NCBI GenBank assembly: GCA_963813535.1
Contig: CAWEZH010000002.1
Coordinates: forward strand, 1,120,573-1,184,572
Length of the DNA stretch: 64,000 nucleotides
Origin: an uncultured Chloroflexia bacterium
Lineage (GTDB): Bacteria; Chloroflexota; Limnocylindria; Limnocylindrales; CSP1-4
Reading direction: 5' to 3'
Of the stretch, positions 17,231 through 27,188 are shown one piece after another. A program made the position numbers and the translations under genes. The notes under the pieces are model-generated. The model was not told the DNA's origin, did not search any database, and was given only the letters and a program-made list of their open reading frames with translations. Every line of letters begins with the position of its first letter. Within the stretch, counting starts at the first letter, position 1.

Positions 17231-17865
17231 GTGGACCGCCATCACCTGCTCCATCGAGCCCTCCGTCTTTCCGTCCTGAGCATCGTGCTCGCCGGTCTGC
17301 TCGGTGGCACCGCTGTGGTCGTCGGGTTGACGACCGGCAGCCTGTCGCTGCTCGGCTTCGGACTCGACGCGGCGATCGACTCGGCCGCCTCGGTCGTCCT
17401 CGTCTGGCAATTCCGGACCGAGGTCCGTGAGCCGCATCGAGCGGAGCGCATCGAGCGGCTCGCCGAAGGCGCAGTCGGCATCGTGCTCCTCGTCCTCGCG
17501 ACATACCTCGCGGTGAGCGCGGTGAACGCCATCGTCGCGCATGCCCACCCCGAGTCGAGTCCGGTGCGGACCGCGCTGCTCGTTGCCGCGTCGTCGTCCT
17601 CCCGCCCCTCGCGCTTGCGAAGTACCGGGTCGCACGAGCGCTGGACAGCGGGGCCCTTCGGGCGGACAGCATCCTCACCGCCATCGCCGCACTGCTCGGG
17701 GCGATCGGTCTCGTCTCCCTGCTCGTCGACGAGCTGTTCCACGTCCCCTGGGGCGATGCCGTGGGCGCCCTCATCATCGCCGTGATCATCGCTCGCGAGG
17801 GCTGGTCCTCGATCCAGGCGATCCGAACGTCAGACCCGATCCTGCCACGCCGAAATAGGGTCTAG
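17231..17865 (+). pseudogene. cation diffusion facilitator (CDF) family transporter remnant: frameshifted near 17592 and lacking the C-terminal cytoplasmic domain
   Basis: After a GTG start the frame reads MDRHHLLHRALRLSVLSIVLAGLLGG..GSLSLLGFGLDAAIDSAASVVLVWQF, the CDF TM1-2 signature. Following a 1-nt deletion in gcgtcgtcgtc, the -1 frame continues VVVLPPLALAKYRVARALDSGALRADSILTAIAALLGAIGLV...IIAREGW*. This totals about 210 aa against about 300 expected. Confidence 0.5.
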
Positions 17866-17988
17866 TCCGGGGGCCCGTCGGTGTCATACCATCCGTCGCA
17901 CGCCGAGTCCGGACCAGGCGGGTATGGAGTCGACACCAGGGGGGAAACCGTGTCGCGACCGAAGTGGACGGGCGTGCCCGTCCCGAGC

Positions 17989-18996
17989 ATGAGGCGCCGC
18001 CCGAGCTGGCTCGCGCTGGCCGCCTCCCTCGTCTTCACCGCGTGTGGGCCCGGCCCGGCCGCGGTGGCGACGACGCCGCCGTCACCGACGACGAGCCCGA
18101 GCACGCCACCGGCCACCTCGGCGCCGCCGACGTCCACGCCGAGCGAGGCCGTCACGCCGACGCCGACGCCTGCTCCCGACGAGGTCCTCCTCGCTGCCGG
18201 CGACATCGCAGCGTGCAGCAAGGAGGGCAATTCGGCCACGGCGGCGATCCTCGCGCGCTACCCGGACGCGACAGTGCAGACGCTCGGGGACAACGCCTAC
18301 GACAAGGGGACGCCCCGGCAGTTCGGGTGCTACGACGACACGTGGGGCGTCGCCCTCGACCGGACCCATCCCGCGCTGGGTGGCCACGACTACATGACCG
18401 AGGCGGCGGCCGGCTACTTCGGGTATTTCAAGGACGTCCTAAAGCCGTTCGCGCCGACCGGGACCGACCCGACCATGGGCTGGTACGCCTACGACCTCGG
18501 TGCGTGGCGGATCATCGTGCTCAACTCGATCTGCGATCGGATCGGCGGCTGCGACGCGGCATCCAAGCAGGTCGCCTGGCTACGGACGGAGCTTGCCGAG
18601 CATCCGGCCCGCTGCTCCCTCGCGGTCATCCATAACCCCCGCTTCAGCTCGGGGCGCAAGGAGAACGAACCCAGGGTCCAGGTGCTGTGGGAGGAGCTGC
18701 ACGCAGCCGGTGCGGAGATGGTCCTCAGCGGCGACAACCACACCTACGAACGGCTGGCGCCGATGACCCCGGCCGGCGAGCGTGACGCGACCGGGATCCG
18801 CCAGTTCGTCGTCGGGACCGGTGGCCGCAGCCACTACAGCTTCGCGGACGGCGCGATCCACCCGAACACCGAGACCGGCGACGATCAGACATACGGCGTC
18901 CTCATGCTGACGCTCGGTGCCGACGGCTATGCGTGGGAATTCCTGCCGGAAGCCGGCAAGTCGTTCACGGATACGGGCTCCGAAGCCTGCCACTGA
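17989..18996 (+). CDS. lipoprotein metallophosphoesterase (calcineurin-like phosphoesterase)
   Basis: The N-terminus MRRRPSWLALAASLVFTACG is a signal peptide with lipobox, followed by a PT linker. Metallophosphatase motifs are present: GDIAAC, GDNAYD, GGHDY, SGDNHTYER. Confidence 0.7.
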   Translation: MRRRPSWLALAASLVFTACGPGPAAVATTPPSPTTSPSTPPATSAPPTSTPSEAVTPTPTPAPDEVLLAAGDIAACSKEGNSATAAILARYPDATVQTLGDNAYDKGTPRQFGCYDDTWGVALDRTHPALGGHDYMTEAAAGYFGYFKDVLKPFAPTGTDPTMGWYAYDLGAWRIIVLNSICDRIGGCDAASKQVAWLRTELAEHPARCSLAVIHNPRFSSGRKENEPRVQVLWEELHAAGAEMVLSGDNHTYERLAPMTPAGERDATGIRQFVVGTGGRSHYSFADGAIHPNTETGDDQTYGVLMLTLGADGYAWEFLPEAGKSFTDTGSEACH

Positions 18997-19518
18997 ACGG
19001 GTCGCGATCGTCGCCGAACCTGTCAGCTACATGAACGGCCGGCTGCACACGGTCATCGTGGATAGGTATTCCGCCGTATTCCCGTACGGACGTTCACTTT
19101 CATAGCCTTCGCAAAGACCCGGCTCGCTCTTCCCCCTGGCGATCCGGGTCTGCTGATCTCGACGGGCCTCGGCGCGCTGGTCGCGCCGGGGCCCGTCGGC
19201 TCGAACAAGGAAAAGGTCCGAGGTGGCCCCTTCGCCGGCGATGCCGGACGGCGGGGACGGGGCCGAGCGCCGACCGGACGCCACGGAGTCGACCGAGACC
19301 GTCTCCCTGGCTCCCGGGACCATCGCTCGGTTCCGCGTGATCCTCGGACCCACGGCTAGGGTACGCCACGAGCGCGGCGTGGCCAACCCATGAGGTGTGT
19401 GAGGGGCCGGTCGAGGGGGACCTTCGGGGGAGGACGGAGCCTCCATGGCCCAGTGCTACACTCCGCCACCTGTCGCGCCGACCGGGATCGGTGCGAGTGA
19501 TAGAGGACCGATCCGCCC

Positions 19519-20919
19519 ATGACGGCCGGACCGACTCGCGCGCGAACGCCCACCGCCGCGCAACAGCTGGCCCTGGACCTGCCGGTCTCGCTGCCGGCCA
19601 TCGAGATCGAGCCCGAATGGAAGGCCCAGCAGCGCCTGTGGGGCCATTCGTTCCATCCGATGTGCTCGTATCTCGCCAGCTTCCCAGCCGCGCTGGCGCA
19701 TGCCTTCATCGCCCGCTATTCGCGTCCGGGTGACGTCGTCCTCGATCCGTTCTCGGGTCGCGGCACCACGCCGTTGCAGGCATGCGCCGAGGGTCGCATC
19801 GGCGTCGGCAACGACCTCAATCCCTTCGCCCACCTCCTGACGGCGTCCAAGGTCGAGCCGGCCACGCGACCCGCCGCGATGACCCGGCTGACCCAGCTCC
19901 GACTGGGCTGGAACGCGGACGCCGAGGCGTGGGTCGCGCTCGCCCGGCGCGTCACCGCCGATCCGACCGCCAGTCGTGTGCCGGTCGCTGGTTCGGGTCG
20001 TGGCCCCACCGATGGGTCGGAGGCCGTGCCGGTCGAGGTCGCCCTGGCCTTCCACCCCGACACGCTCGGCCAGCTCCTGTTCGTCCGCTCCGAACTTCGT
20101 CTCGACGACCGGACGGACCGGTTCCTCGCGGCCGCCATCACCGGCATCCTCCACGGCAAGAGCGCAAGCTACCTGTCGGAGCTGATGCCGAACACGTTCA
20201 GCATGGCCCCGCGCTACGTGCGCGACTTCGCCGCTCGCACCTCGTTCAGTTCGCCGCGCCGCGACGTCTTCGACGGCCTGACCTCGAAGGTCGGCCGCCT
20301 CTACCGCCAGGCCGGCCCGTTCACGGAGGGCGTCGCGCTGCTGGGCGACGCCCGTGATGTCGCGCCACGCGTGCGCGCCGCGCTTCGGGCCCAAGGCCGC
20401 CCCGATCGAGCCCGGCTCGTGGTGACCTCCCCGCCGTACCTACGGGTCGTCAAGTACGGCTACTACAACTGGCTGCGGACGTGGTTCCTCGGTTTCGACG
20501 CGAAGGACATCGACGCGACCCTGGACGATGCGCATCACCGCGAGCCGTATCTCGCGTTCCTGCGCGACGTGCTGGCCGACATGCGCGAGGTCCTGACGGA
20601 CGACGCCGTGGTCGTGCTCGTCATCGGCGATGTCGAGACGGACCGTGGCCGCCGGATCAAGGGCGGTGTCGGCCTGGCGGAACGGGCATGGGAGCTCGCG
20701 GCCGAGCCCGAGGGCTATCGACTCGCCGGGGTCGCACTCGACGACGTCGCGGCCGTCCGCAAGATGACCAAGCTATGGGGCGACGAGGCTGGTCGAGCGA
20801 CCAAGACTGACCGGATCCTCGTGCTGGGCGCGACCGAATCGGGTCGTCGACGGGCCCTTGCCGGCGCGTCGCTGGACATCGACTGGACCTGGCCGCCGAG
20901 GGCCCTGCGCGGGATCTGA
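19519..20919 (+). CDS. putative SAM-dependent DNA methyltransferase (N4-C/N6-A type, motif I before motif IV, i.e. alpha-like order); orphan
   Basis: Motif I VVLDPFSGRGTT occurs at aa 70-84 and motif IV VVTSPPYLRV at about aa 302, with a roughly 220-aa intervening region (candidate TRD). No restriction endonuclease-like ORF is adjacent. Confidence 0.5.
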   Translation: MTAGPTRARTPTAAQQLALDLPVSLPAIEIEPEWKAQQRLWGHSFHPMCSYLASFPAALAHAFIARYSRPGDVVLDPFSGRGTTPLQACAEGRIGVGNDLNPFAHLLTASKVEPATRPAAMTRLTQLRLGWNADAEAWVALARRVTADPTASRVPVAGSGRGPTDGSEAVPVEVALAFHPDTLGQLLFVRSELRLDDRTDRFLAAAITGILHGKSASYLSELMPNTFSMAPRYVRDFAARTSFSSPRRDVFDGLTSKVGRLYRQAGPFTEGVALLGDARDVAPRVRAALRAQGRPDRARLVVTSPPYLRVVKYGYYNWLRTWFLGFDAKDIDATLDDAHHREPYLAFLRDVLADMREVLTDDAVVVLVIGDVETDRGRRIKGGVGLAERAWELAAEPEGYRLAGVALDDVAAVRKMTKLWGDEAGRATKTDRILVLGATESGRRRALAGASLDIDWTWPPRALRGI

Positions 20920-20961
20920 GTCCGCCGCTCGTCCACCAGCCATACGCCACGTCGGTCGTGA

Positions 20962-23145
20962 ATGCCCTCGTCTACGATTGCCCACGTGACGCCCCAACCC
21001 CGGATCCGCCGCGGCGTCCTCGCGTTGGTCGCGGCAGCACTGCTGGCGGCCGCCGGCTCGTCGATCGCGATCGCCGAGGAGGTCATGCGTCTCGAGGGGC
21101 CCGTGACCGATACGGCCGGCGCCCTCGATGGTCGCGTCGCCGATGTCGAGGGAGCGATCGACCGCACGCTCGACGATCACGGTGTCCAGGTCTTCGTCCT
21201 CTTCGTCCGGACGACCGGCGATGTGCAGATGGCCGACTACGCCCAGGGAACCGCCGACGTCAATTCGCTCGGCGTCGACGATGCGCTGTTGGTCGTGGCG
21301 ATGGACGACCGGACCGACTACATCTGGGTGTCCGACAGCCTCGACGAGATCACCGACGACGAGCTCGACACGATCCTCGTGGAGGAGCTGGAACCGCGGC
21401 TGCGCGATGGCGACGCTCCCGGGGCCGCGGTCGCAGCGGTCGAGGCTCTCGGCGTCGCAGCGGACTCCCCTGCCCCGACCGACGGGCCGTTCGTGCCCGG
21501 GCCCGTGTCACCGGTGCCGACGGCCGAACCGGGCGGCGGTGAGACGGGCGGCGGCGGGATCGGGGTCGGGGCGATCATCGGCGCGATCCTGCTGGCGGGC
21601 GGGGGCTTCCTGGTCTACCGCTGGTGGCAGGCTCGACGCACCCCGGCTGCAGCGGCCGGGACCGGCCTGCCGACAGCGCCTGCGCCAGCCGATCTCAGCG
21701 GCCCAGCGCTCCGGCAGCGAGCGAATGCCCTGCTCATCGCGACCGACGAGCGGGTCCGCGACGCTCGCCAGGAGATCGACTTCGCCGAGGCGCAGTACGG
21801 GCCCGAAGCGGTCGGCGAGCTGCGGGACGCGGTCGCGGATGCCGCGAACGAGCTCGCGGCCTCGTTCACGCTGCGCCAGCGGCTCGACGACGACCAACCC
21901 GAGGACGACGCGGCCCGCGACGCCATGATGCGCGAGATCGTGGAGCGGACCACCCGGGCGCACGAGCGGCTCGACGCCGAGACGGGTCGTATCCGACAGC
22001 TGCGCGATCTCGAGCGAGACGCCCCGGCCACGCTCGTCGAGCTCCCCGCGCGGATCGAGGCGGTCGAGGATCGGCTACCCGCTGCCCGGTCCACGCTCGA
22101 CGGTCTGCGCTCCTACGCCGAGTCGGCGTGGCAGCCCGTCGGCGGCCACATCGAGGAAGCCGAGAAGGGGCTGGCCGGTGCCCGCACTGCGGTCACCGTC
22201 GGCAGCGCGGCGATGGCCCGCAACGATCGCCCGGACGTCGCGGTCGCCACGCGCGAGGCCCTCGAAGGCGTGACCGGGGCAGCCCAGCTACTGGACGCGA
22301 TCGAGGTGCTGCGAGCGACCATCGCCGAGGCGGAGCAGCGCCTGCCGACGGAGCTGGCCGACGCCGACCGGGACCTCCGCGACACACGGACCGCCCTCGC
22401 TGAACTGGGCCAGCTCGACCCAGGGGTCGCGGGGCGCGTCCGCGAGGCGGAACGGGCGATCGATCAGGCCCACGAGGCGTCGAGGGAGCAGCCCGTTGAC
22501 CCCGTCCGCGCTCTCCAGCTCGCGACCGACGCACATCGCATCGCCGACGCGGTGCTCGTCGCCGCGCGCGACGCGGCCGCCGCGAACGACCGCCTGGAGG
22601 CCGCGGCCGACTCGTCCATCAAGACCGCATCGACCGAATACGACCGAGCCGCCACGTTCATCGCCTCGCGTCGCCGAGGTGTCGGCGAGGGAGCACGGAC
22701 CCGCCTCGCCGAAGCCCGGCGACATCTCGACGCGGCGGCGGCCGTTGCCCCCAGCGATCCGCAGGCGGCGGTCGAGGGGGCGCGCCGCGCGCAGCAGCTC
22801 GCGAACGACGCGTACCGGCTCGCGTCCTCCGACTTCTCGGACTGGGACCAGGGTGGACCCGGCTGGGGCCAGCGGGGCGGGACGAGCGACGGCGACGCGA
22901 CCGCAGACATCCTCGGTCAGATCCTGGGTGGGGTGATCGGCGGGGTGATCCGCTCGGGTGGTGGCGGTGGCTGGGGTGGGTCACCGTGGGGCGGCCCCGG
23001 TCGCAGCGGCGGCGGAGGCGGCTTCCCGGACCTCGGCGGACTCGGCGGTGGCTGGGGACAGGGCGGCGGATTCGGGACCGGCGGGTTCGGGGGCGGTGGT
23101 GGCGGCGGAGGCGGTGGTGGTCGTGGGCGCGGTGGGCGCTGGTGA
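20962..23145 (+). CDS. TPM-domain (TLP18.3/Psb32/MOLO-1 phosphatase-like) membrane protein with long coiled-coil and Gly-rich C-terminus
   Basis: A signal/TM segment is followed by a TPM-like segment (VQVFVLFVRTTGDVQMADYAQ...DALLVVAMDDRTDYIWVSDSL) and a central TM helix (GAIIGAILLAGGGFLVYRWW). A roughly 400-aa Ala/Arg/Glu coiled coil and a GGGGWGG low-complexity tail complete the protein. Confidence 0.7.
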   Translation: MPSSTIAHVTPQPRIRRGVLALVAAALLAAAGSSIAIAEEVMRLEGPVTDTAGALDGRVADVEGAIDRTLDDHGVQVFVLFVRTTGDVQMADYAQGTADVNSLGVDDALLVVAMDDRTDYIWVSDSLDEITDDELDTILVEELEPRLRDGDAPGAAVAAVEALGVAADSPAPTDGPFVPGPVSPVPTAEPGGGETGGGGIGVGAIIGAILLAGGGFLVYRWWQARRTPAAAAGTGLPTAPAPADLSGPALRQRANALLIATDERVRDARQEIDFAEAQYGPEAVGELRDAVADAANELAASFTLRQRLDDDQPEDDAARDAMMREIVERTTRAHERLDAETGRIRQLRDLERDAPATLVELPARIEAVEDRLPAARSTLDGLRSYAESAWQPVGGHIEEAEKGLAGARTAVTVGSAAMARNDRPDVAVATREALEGVTGAAQLLDAIEVLRATIAEAEQRLPTELADADRDLRDTRTALAELGQLDPGVAGRVREAERAIDQAHEASREQPVDPVRALQLATDAHRIADAVLVAARDAAAANDRLEAAADSSIKTASTEYDRAATFIASRRRGVGEGARTRLAEARRHLDAAAAVAPSDPQAAVEGARRAQQLANDAYRLASSDFSDWDQGGPGWGQRGGTSDGDATADILGQILGGVIGGVIRSGGGGGWGGSPWGGPGRSGGGGGFPDLGGLGGGWGQGGGFGTGGFGGGGGGGGGGGRGRGGRW

Positions 23146-23236
23146 CGACCGTCGCGCGGTCATCCCCTTTGCGCTGGCCGACACGTGGGCCGTACCGTAG
23201 CGGTCCACCCAGCCCGATCCTTGGAGAGACAGACCG

Positions 23237-23950
23237 ATGGCACAGAGCTCGATCCTCGGCCGCATCAGCCAGCTGATCCGCGCCAACGTCAACGCCATCC
23301 TCGACAGCGCCGAGGATCCGGAGCGGATGCTCGACCAGCTCGTGCGCGACTTCACGGACAACATCGCCGAAGCCGAGGACGCCGCCGCCCAGACGATCGG
23401 GAACCTGCGGCTGCTGGAGGACGACGCGAAGGAGGCGCGTGCCGCCTCTGCCGAGTGGCTCGACAAGGCCAAGGCCGCGTCACGTCGTGCGGACGAGCTC
23501 CGAGCCGCCGGCAATACGGCCGAGGCGGATCGGTTCGACGACCTGGCCAAGATCGCCATCCGTCGTCAGGTCAGCTACGAGAGTCAGACGAAGACGCTCG
23601 ACACCCAGATCGCCGGGCAGACAGAGCTCGCCGACAAGCTCAAGGACGGCCTCAACAAGTTGCGCGTGAAACGCGAGGAGTTGGTGCAGAAGCGAGACGA
23701 GCTGGTGGCGCGAGCCAAGATGGCGCAGGCCCAGTCGACCGTCCAGGAGACCCTCCAGAGCGTGTCGGTCCTCGATCCGACGAGCGAGCTGTCGCGCTTC
23801 GAGGAGAAGGTCCGGCGCCAGGAGGCGCAGGTCCGCGGGCGTGAGGAAGTCGCTGCTTCGTCCATCGACGAGCAGTTTGAATCGCTCGAGTCCGAAGAGG
23901 ACGAGCAGGAGGTCGACGCGCGACTCGCGGAGCTCAAGTCGGGCGGCTGA
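23237..23950 (+). CDS. pspA: PspA/IM30 family protein (phage shock protein A-like)
   Basis: The N-terminus MAQSSILGRISQLIRANVNAILDSAEDPERMLDQLVRDF is the canonical PspA/Vipp1 start. The 237-aa protein is all-helical and coiled-coil. Confidence 0.85.
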   Translation: MAQSSILGRISQLIRANVNAILDSAEDPERMLDQLVRDFTDNIAEAEDAAAQTIGNLRLLEDDAKEARAASAEWLDKAKAASRRADELRAAGNTAEADRFDDLAKIAIRRQVSYESQTKTLDTQIAGQTELADKLKDGLNKLRVKREELVQKRDELVARAKMAQAQSTVQETLQSVSVLDPTSELSRFEEKVRRQEAQVRGREEVAASSIDEQFESLESEEDEQEVDARLAELKSGG

Positions 23951-24003
23951 CATGCTCGAGCGGACGGCTGCACGCCACTGAGGTCGCCCGCCATAATCCG
24001 GTC

Positions 24004-24231
24004 ATGCAGCAGATGTACGACCCGTCGGACCTCGCATCGATGGATCCGCTGGTCCTGATGAAGAACCTCGATCACGTCCGGATGACGAGCCGTCGGCTGT
24101 CGTACATCCTCCAGCAGCAGGTCCACCTCTATACGCCCGAGGCGAATCAGCTTCGCGAGCAGATCGACCGCTATGTCGAGGCGGAGCGCCAGATCGAGGG
24201 CGAGATGGCGAGGCGCGTCATCCGCGCCTGA
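24004..24231 (+). CDS. small hypothetical protein (75 aa) downstream of pspA
   Basis: Intact ORF with acceptable GC3. It is followed by a strong hairpin terminator. Confidence 0.4.
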   Translation: MQQMYDPSDLASMDPLVLMKNLDHVRMTSRRLSYILQQQVHLYTPEANQLREQIDRYVEAERQIEGEMARRVIRA

Positions 24232-24259
24232 CGAACGGGAAACGGGCTAGACGAACGAA

Positions 24260-24283
24260 GACCCCGCCGATCCCGGCGGGGTC
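24260..24283. terminator. hairpin GACCCCGCCG-atcc-CGGCGGGGTC between convergent genes (bidirectional terminator candidate)
   Basis: A perfect 10-bp inverted repeat with a 4-nt loop is followed by TTCGCAAT on the plus strand. It lies between the 24231 (+) and 24306 (-) gene ends. Confidence 0.5.
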
Positions 24284-24305
24284 TTCGCAATGAGTGCGGT
24301 GCCGG

Positions 24306-24689
24306 TCAAGCCCCGGCGGGCACCGCGGCGAAGCGGATAGGCCGCTCGCCTCGTCCCTCAGGCGCCGACTCCTCGTCGGCCGTACCCACGCCCTCGATAC
24401 CCGGTTCGGCGGGCGTGATCACCACGGTCACGGGCCGACGGAGCGCCTGCTCCTCGGCGACGATCCCGCGCACCATCGCAGCCAGGGCCGGCATGTCGGA
24501 TAGCCCGAAACCGATCCCGTGTGCGGCCAGGTCCTCGACTCCGAGACCTCGGAACAGGCCGCGCGCTGCGACAGCGCACATCTCGTCATAGAGCTCCGGC
24601 CAACCTACACGTCGGCGCCGGTAGCAGAAATGGATGAACTCGGCCGCATCCGGGTCTGGGACTCCGGTGGCGGCGCTGAGCGGTTCCAT
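24306..24689 (-). CDS. conserved hypothetical protein (127 aa)
   Basis: Start chosen at MEPLSAATGVPDPDAAEFIHFCYRRRRVGWPELYDEMCAVAARG. The 211-aa track ORF has a low-complexity N-terminal extension that was rejected. Confidence 0.5.
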   Translation of the reverse strand: MEPLSAATGVPDPDAAEFIHFCYRRRRVGWPELYDEMCAVAARGLFRGLGVEDLAAHGIGFGLSDMPALAAMVRGIVAEEQALRRPVTVVITPAEPGIEGVGTADEESAPEGRGERPIRFAAVPAGA

Positions 24690-24989
24690 CGATGGCGGAC
24701 CCTCCCTTCCGGCGGGCAGCTGTCGACCCTGACACAGGTCGGTGCCGCGTCCTCGCCGTACGACGGCAACACGAAACCAGGCCCGGCCAGCGGTCGTGTC
24801 GGGAACCGCCTCCCGGACGGTGGTCCTGGTGCCCGGTGCCGCTCCGTGGGGGCCACGACGACCGGGGTCGCGCCATCGTAGGCGTCCGAGGGACAGGCCG
24901 GAAGGGGGCTTGTCCACGAGTTCATCCACGAAGTTTTCCACACCCCGGCGCGGGGCTAGAACGGGCGTGCGGAACGAGCGTGAACCGGT

Positions 24990-26048
24990 TCAGGCCGCCC
25001 GGCGCGACAGCCCCAGCCCCGGCCGGTCGGCCAACCGCCAGCGCTTGTCGGGCCCGAGGTCCAGACCTTCGAAGGGGTCGTCCGCGAGCAACAGGTTGCC
25101 GTCGAGATCGACCCAGTCGGCCAGAGACGCGACGACCGCGGACGCGGCGATCCCGACCGATGTCTCCTCCATGCAGCCGAGGAACGTCCGGAAGCCGAGC
25201 TCACGTGCTCGCTCCAGCATGTCGCGGGCGGGGCCGATGCCGCCGCACTTGGCGAGCTTGACATTCACCCCGGCGACCACCCCGACGAGTGCGTCGAGGT
25301 CCTCGGGCAGTACGCACGACTCGTCCGCGACGATGGGCAGCGCCGACCGCTCCTGCAGCCATGCCAGATCCCGGTATGCCCGGGCAGGGAACGGTTGCTC
25401 GATGAGCTCCACGCCAAGGTCGACGAGCTCGGGCAGCAACGCCTCGGCATCGGCCCGCGTCCAGCCGGTGTTCGCGTCCACGCGGATCGGCCCGGCGAAT
25501 ACCTCGCGCACGGCCCGCAGGGTCGCCAGGTCCGATGGCCCGCCGACCTTGATCTTCAGGGCAGGGAAATCGCCGGCACGCTTCGCGCGCTCGGCCACGA
25601 CCGCAGGCTCGTCGATGCCGATGGTGAAATCCGTCGGCGGCAGGTCCGCCGACAGCCCCAGGAGCTGGTAGACGGGGACTGCCGCGACCTTGCCGGCGAG
25701 GTCGTGCAGCGCGATGTCGATGGCGCACTTGATCGCGCCATGACCACGGATGGCGGCGTCCATGACCGAGCGGGCGGCCGCCAGGCCGTCGCTCGTGGGA
25801 TCGACGTCGGCCGACTCGAGCGCCGACAGCAACTCCGGCCCGACCACCGCCATGGTCTGGGGCGTCTCGCCGTAGAACCGGTCCGGGTACCCCTCCCCCA
25901 CGCCGCTGACATCCGGGGATCGTTCATCGCGCAGCTCGACGATGACGGTCGTGACACGGAGACCTTCGCCGTGGTCCGACCGCGCGATCCGGAACGGATC
26001 ACGGAGCCGGAGCGACAGGACCTCGTGGCGAAGACTCAGCCGACCCAT
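24990..26048 (-). CDS. enolase-superfamily dipeptide epimerase (L-Ala-D/L-Glu epimerase-like; mandelate racemase/muconate lactonizing enzyme family)
   Basis: Metal-binding and catalytic blocks are present: KIKVG, IRVDANTGW, ELIEQP, ADES, KLAKCGG. The start at MGRLSL overlaps the stop of the upstream DUF1611 gene by 13 nt. Confidence 0.75.
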   Translation of the reverse strand: MGRLSLRHEVLSLRLRDPFRIARSDHGEGLRVTTVIVELRDERSPDVSGVGEGYPDRFYGETPQTMAVVGPELLSALESADVDPTSDGLAAARSVMDAAIRGHGAIKCAIDIALHDLAGKVAAVPVYQLLGLSADLPPTDFTIGIDEPAVVAERAKRAGDFPALKIKVGGPSDLATLRAVREVFAGPIRVDANTGWTRADAEALLPELVDLGVELIEQPFPARAYRDLAWLQERSALPIVADESCVLPEDLDALVGVVAGVNVKLAKCGGIGPARDMLERARELGFRTFLGCMEETSVGIAASAVVASLADWVDLDGNLLLADDPFEGLDLGPDKRWRLADRPGLGLSRRAA

Positions 26049-27121
26049 GGGAGCTCGTCGACGGCATCCCGGATCGCGGGCCACAGGCGGTCCGCACCGA
26101 AGCGTACCGGATCGTCGGCCGGCAGGCCGGTCTCCGCCGAGATCCGGGCGATCGCCTCGCGCGCCTCGTCGTCGGCGGCGAAGAGCGACGTGTTCAGGGC
26201 GATCGCGACAACCTTCGACGGAGCGACCATCGCGGCGATCCGCTCATGCAGCTCGATGAACGGCGGCAGCTCGGCGATCGGGAACGAGGCCTCGGGCAGA
26301 TGGTCGAAGTCGTGCTCGCGCTGCCCCGGCTTGTGGACGAGGACCATCGCGTGTGGCGTCGCCCCGTGGATGAGGCCCATCGTCACGGCGCTGTACGCCG
26401 GATGATCGATCGACCCCTGGCCCTCGACGAACACCCAATCGCCACGGCTCTCGCCCTGCTCGACGAGCCATTCGACGGTGCCGTTCGTGAAGTCGCTGAT
26501 GACCCGATCGACGGCCACGCCCCAGCCCTCGATCATCATCCCGGTCTGGCCCGTGGGGACCATCACGGCCGACGCGCCGTCGCCTCGGGCCGAAGCCACC
26601 AGCTCGAGGGCGACCGACATCTTGCCGATCGCGCAGTCCGTGCCGACCGTCAGGATCACCCGCTTGCCCGGCAGGTGCCGACGCCCGACCGCCGTCTCCA
26701 TCCGGTCCGGCGGTCGTCGATAGTCGATCAGTCGCGTGCCGGCGGACTGCGCGGCGGCAGCGAAATCGGGGTCATCGCTGAGGAACTGGTGCAAGCCCGA
26801 GTGGATATCGAGTCCTGCCCGGATCGCCTCCAGGATGGTCGCCCGCCACGCGGACGGCAGCTTGCCACCGGTCGGGGCGATGCCGATCAGCAGGCCGTCC
26901 GGGCGGACGGATCCATCGAGCGCCTCGGCAAGTGTCCCGACGAACGGGATGTCGAAGGCCGGCAGGAACTCGCGCAGGTTCCGGCCCGCCATCGTCGAGT
27001 CGAGGATGGCCACGATCGTGTCCCGGCCATAGCGGATGACACCCATCGCGGTCTTCGCATCGTGGATGCCGAACTGCCCCTCGGTGAGGACCACGAGACG
27101 GCGCGGCTCGGTCGGCAGCAT
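26036..27121 (-). CDS. DUF1611 domain protein (P-loop-like N-terminal Rossmann domain)
   Basis: Translation contains LVVLTEGQFGIHDAKTAMGVIRYG....GIAPTGGKLP and the conserved C-terminal half. The family is classically operonic with a dipeptide epimerase, as it is here. Confidence 0.8.
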   Translation of the reverse strand: MLPTEPRRLVVLTEGQFGIHDAKTAMGVIRYGRDTIVAILDSTMAGRNLREFLPAFDIPFVGTLAEALDGSVRPDGLLIGIAPTGGKLPSAWRATILEAIRAGLDIHSGLHQFLSDDPDFAAAAQSAGTRLIDYRRPPDRMETAVGRRHLPGKRVILTVGTDCAIGKMSVALELVASARGDGASAVMVPTGQTGMMIEGWGVAVDRVISDFTNGTVEWLVEQGESRGDWVFVEGQGSIDHPAYSAVTMGLIHGATPHAMVLVHKPGQREHDFDHLPEASFPIAELPPFIELHERIAAMVAPSKVVAIALNTSLFAADDEAREAIARISAETGLPADDPVRFGADRLWPAIRDAVDELPWVG

Positions 27122-27188
27122 CGGCGCAGTCTACGGAAACGAGAACGCCCCCGGGGCGCGGTCCGGGGGCGTTGGGATCAGGCGGGTT

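Noticed and set aside
19027-19446. 139-aa minus-strand ORF in the gap upstream of the methyltransferase
   Set aside because: It has poor codon usage and a Pro/Arg/Ser-rich low-complexity translation with no recognisable start context, so the region is treated as non-coding.
20958-23145. Multiple long plus and minus alternative-frame ORFs across 21128..22984 (Arg/Ala/Pro-rich)
   Set aside because: They are shadows of the Ala/Arg/Glu-rich coiled-coil coding region of the TPM-domain gene.
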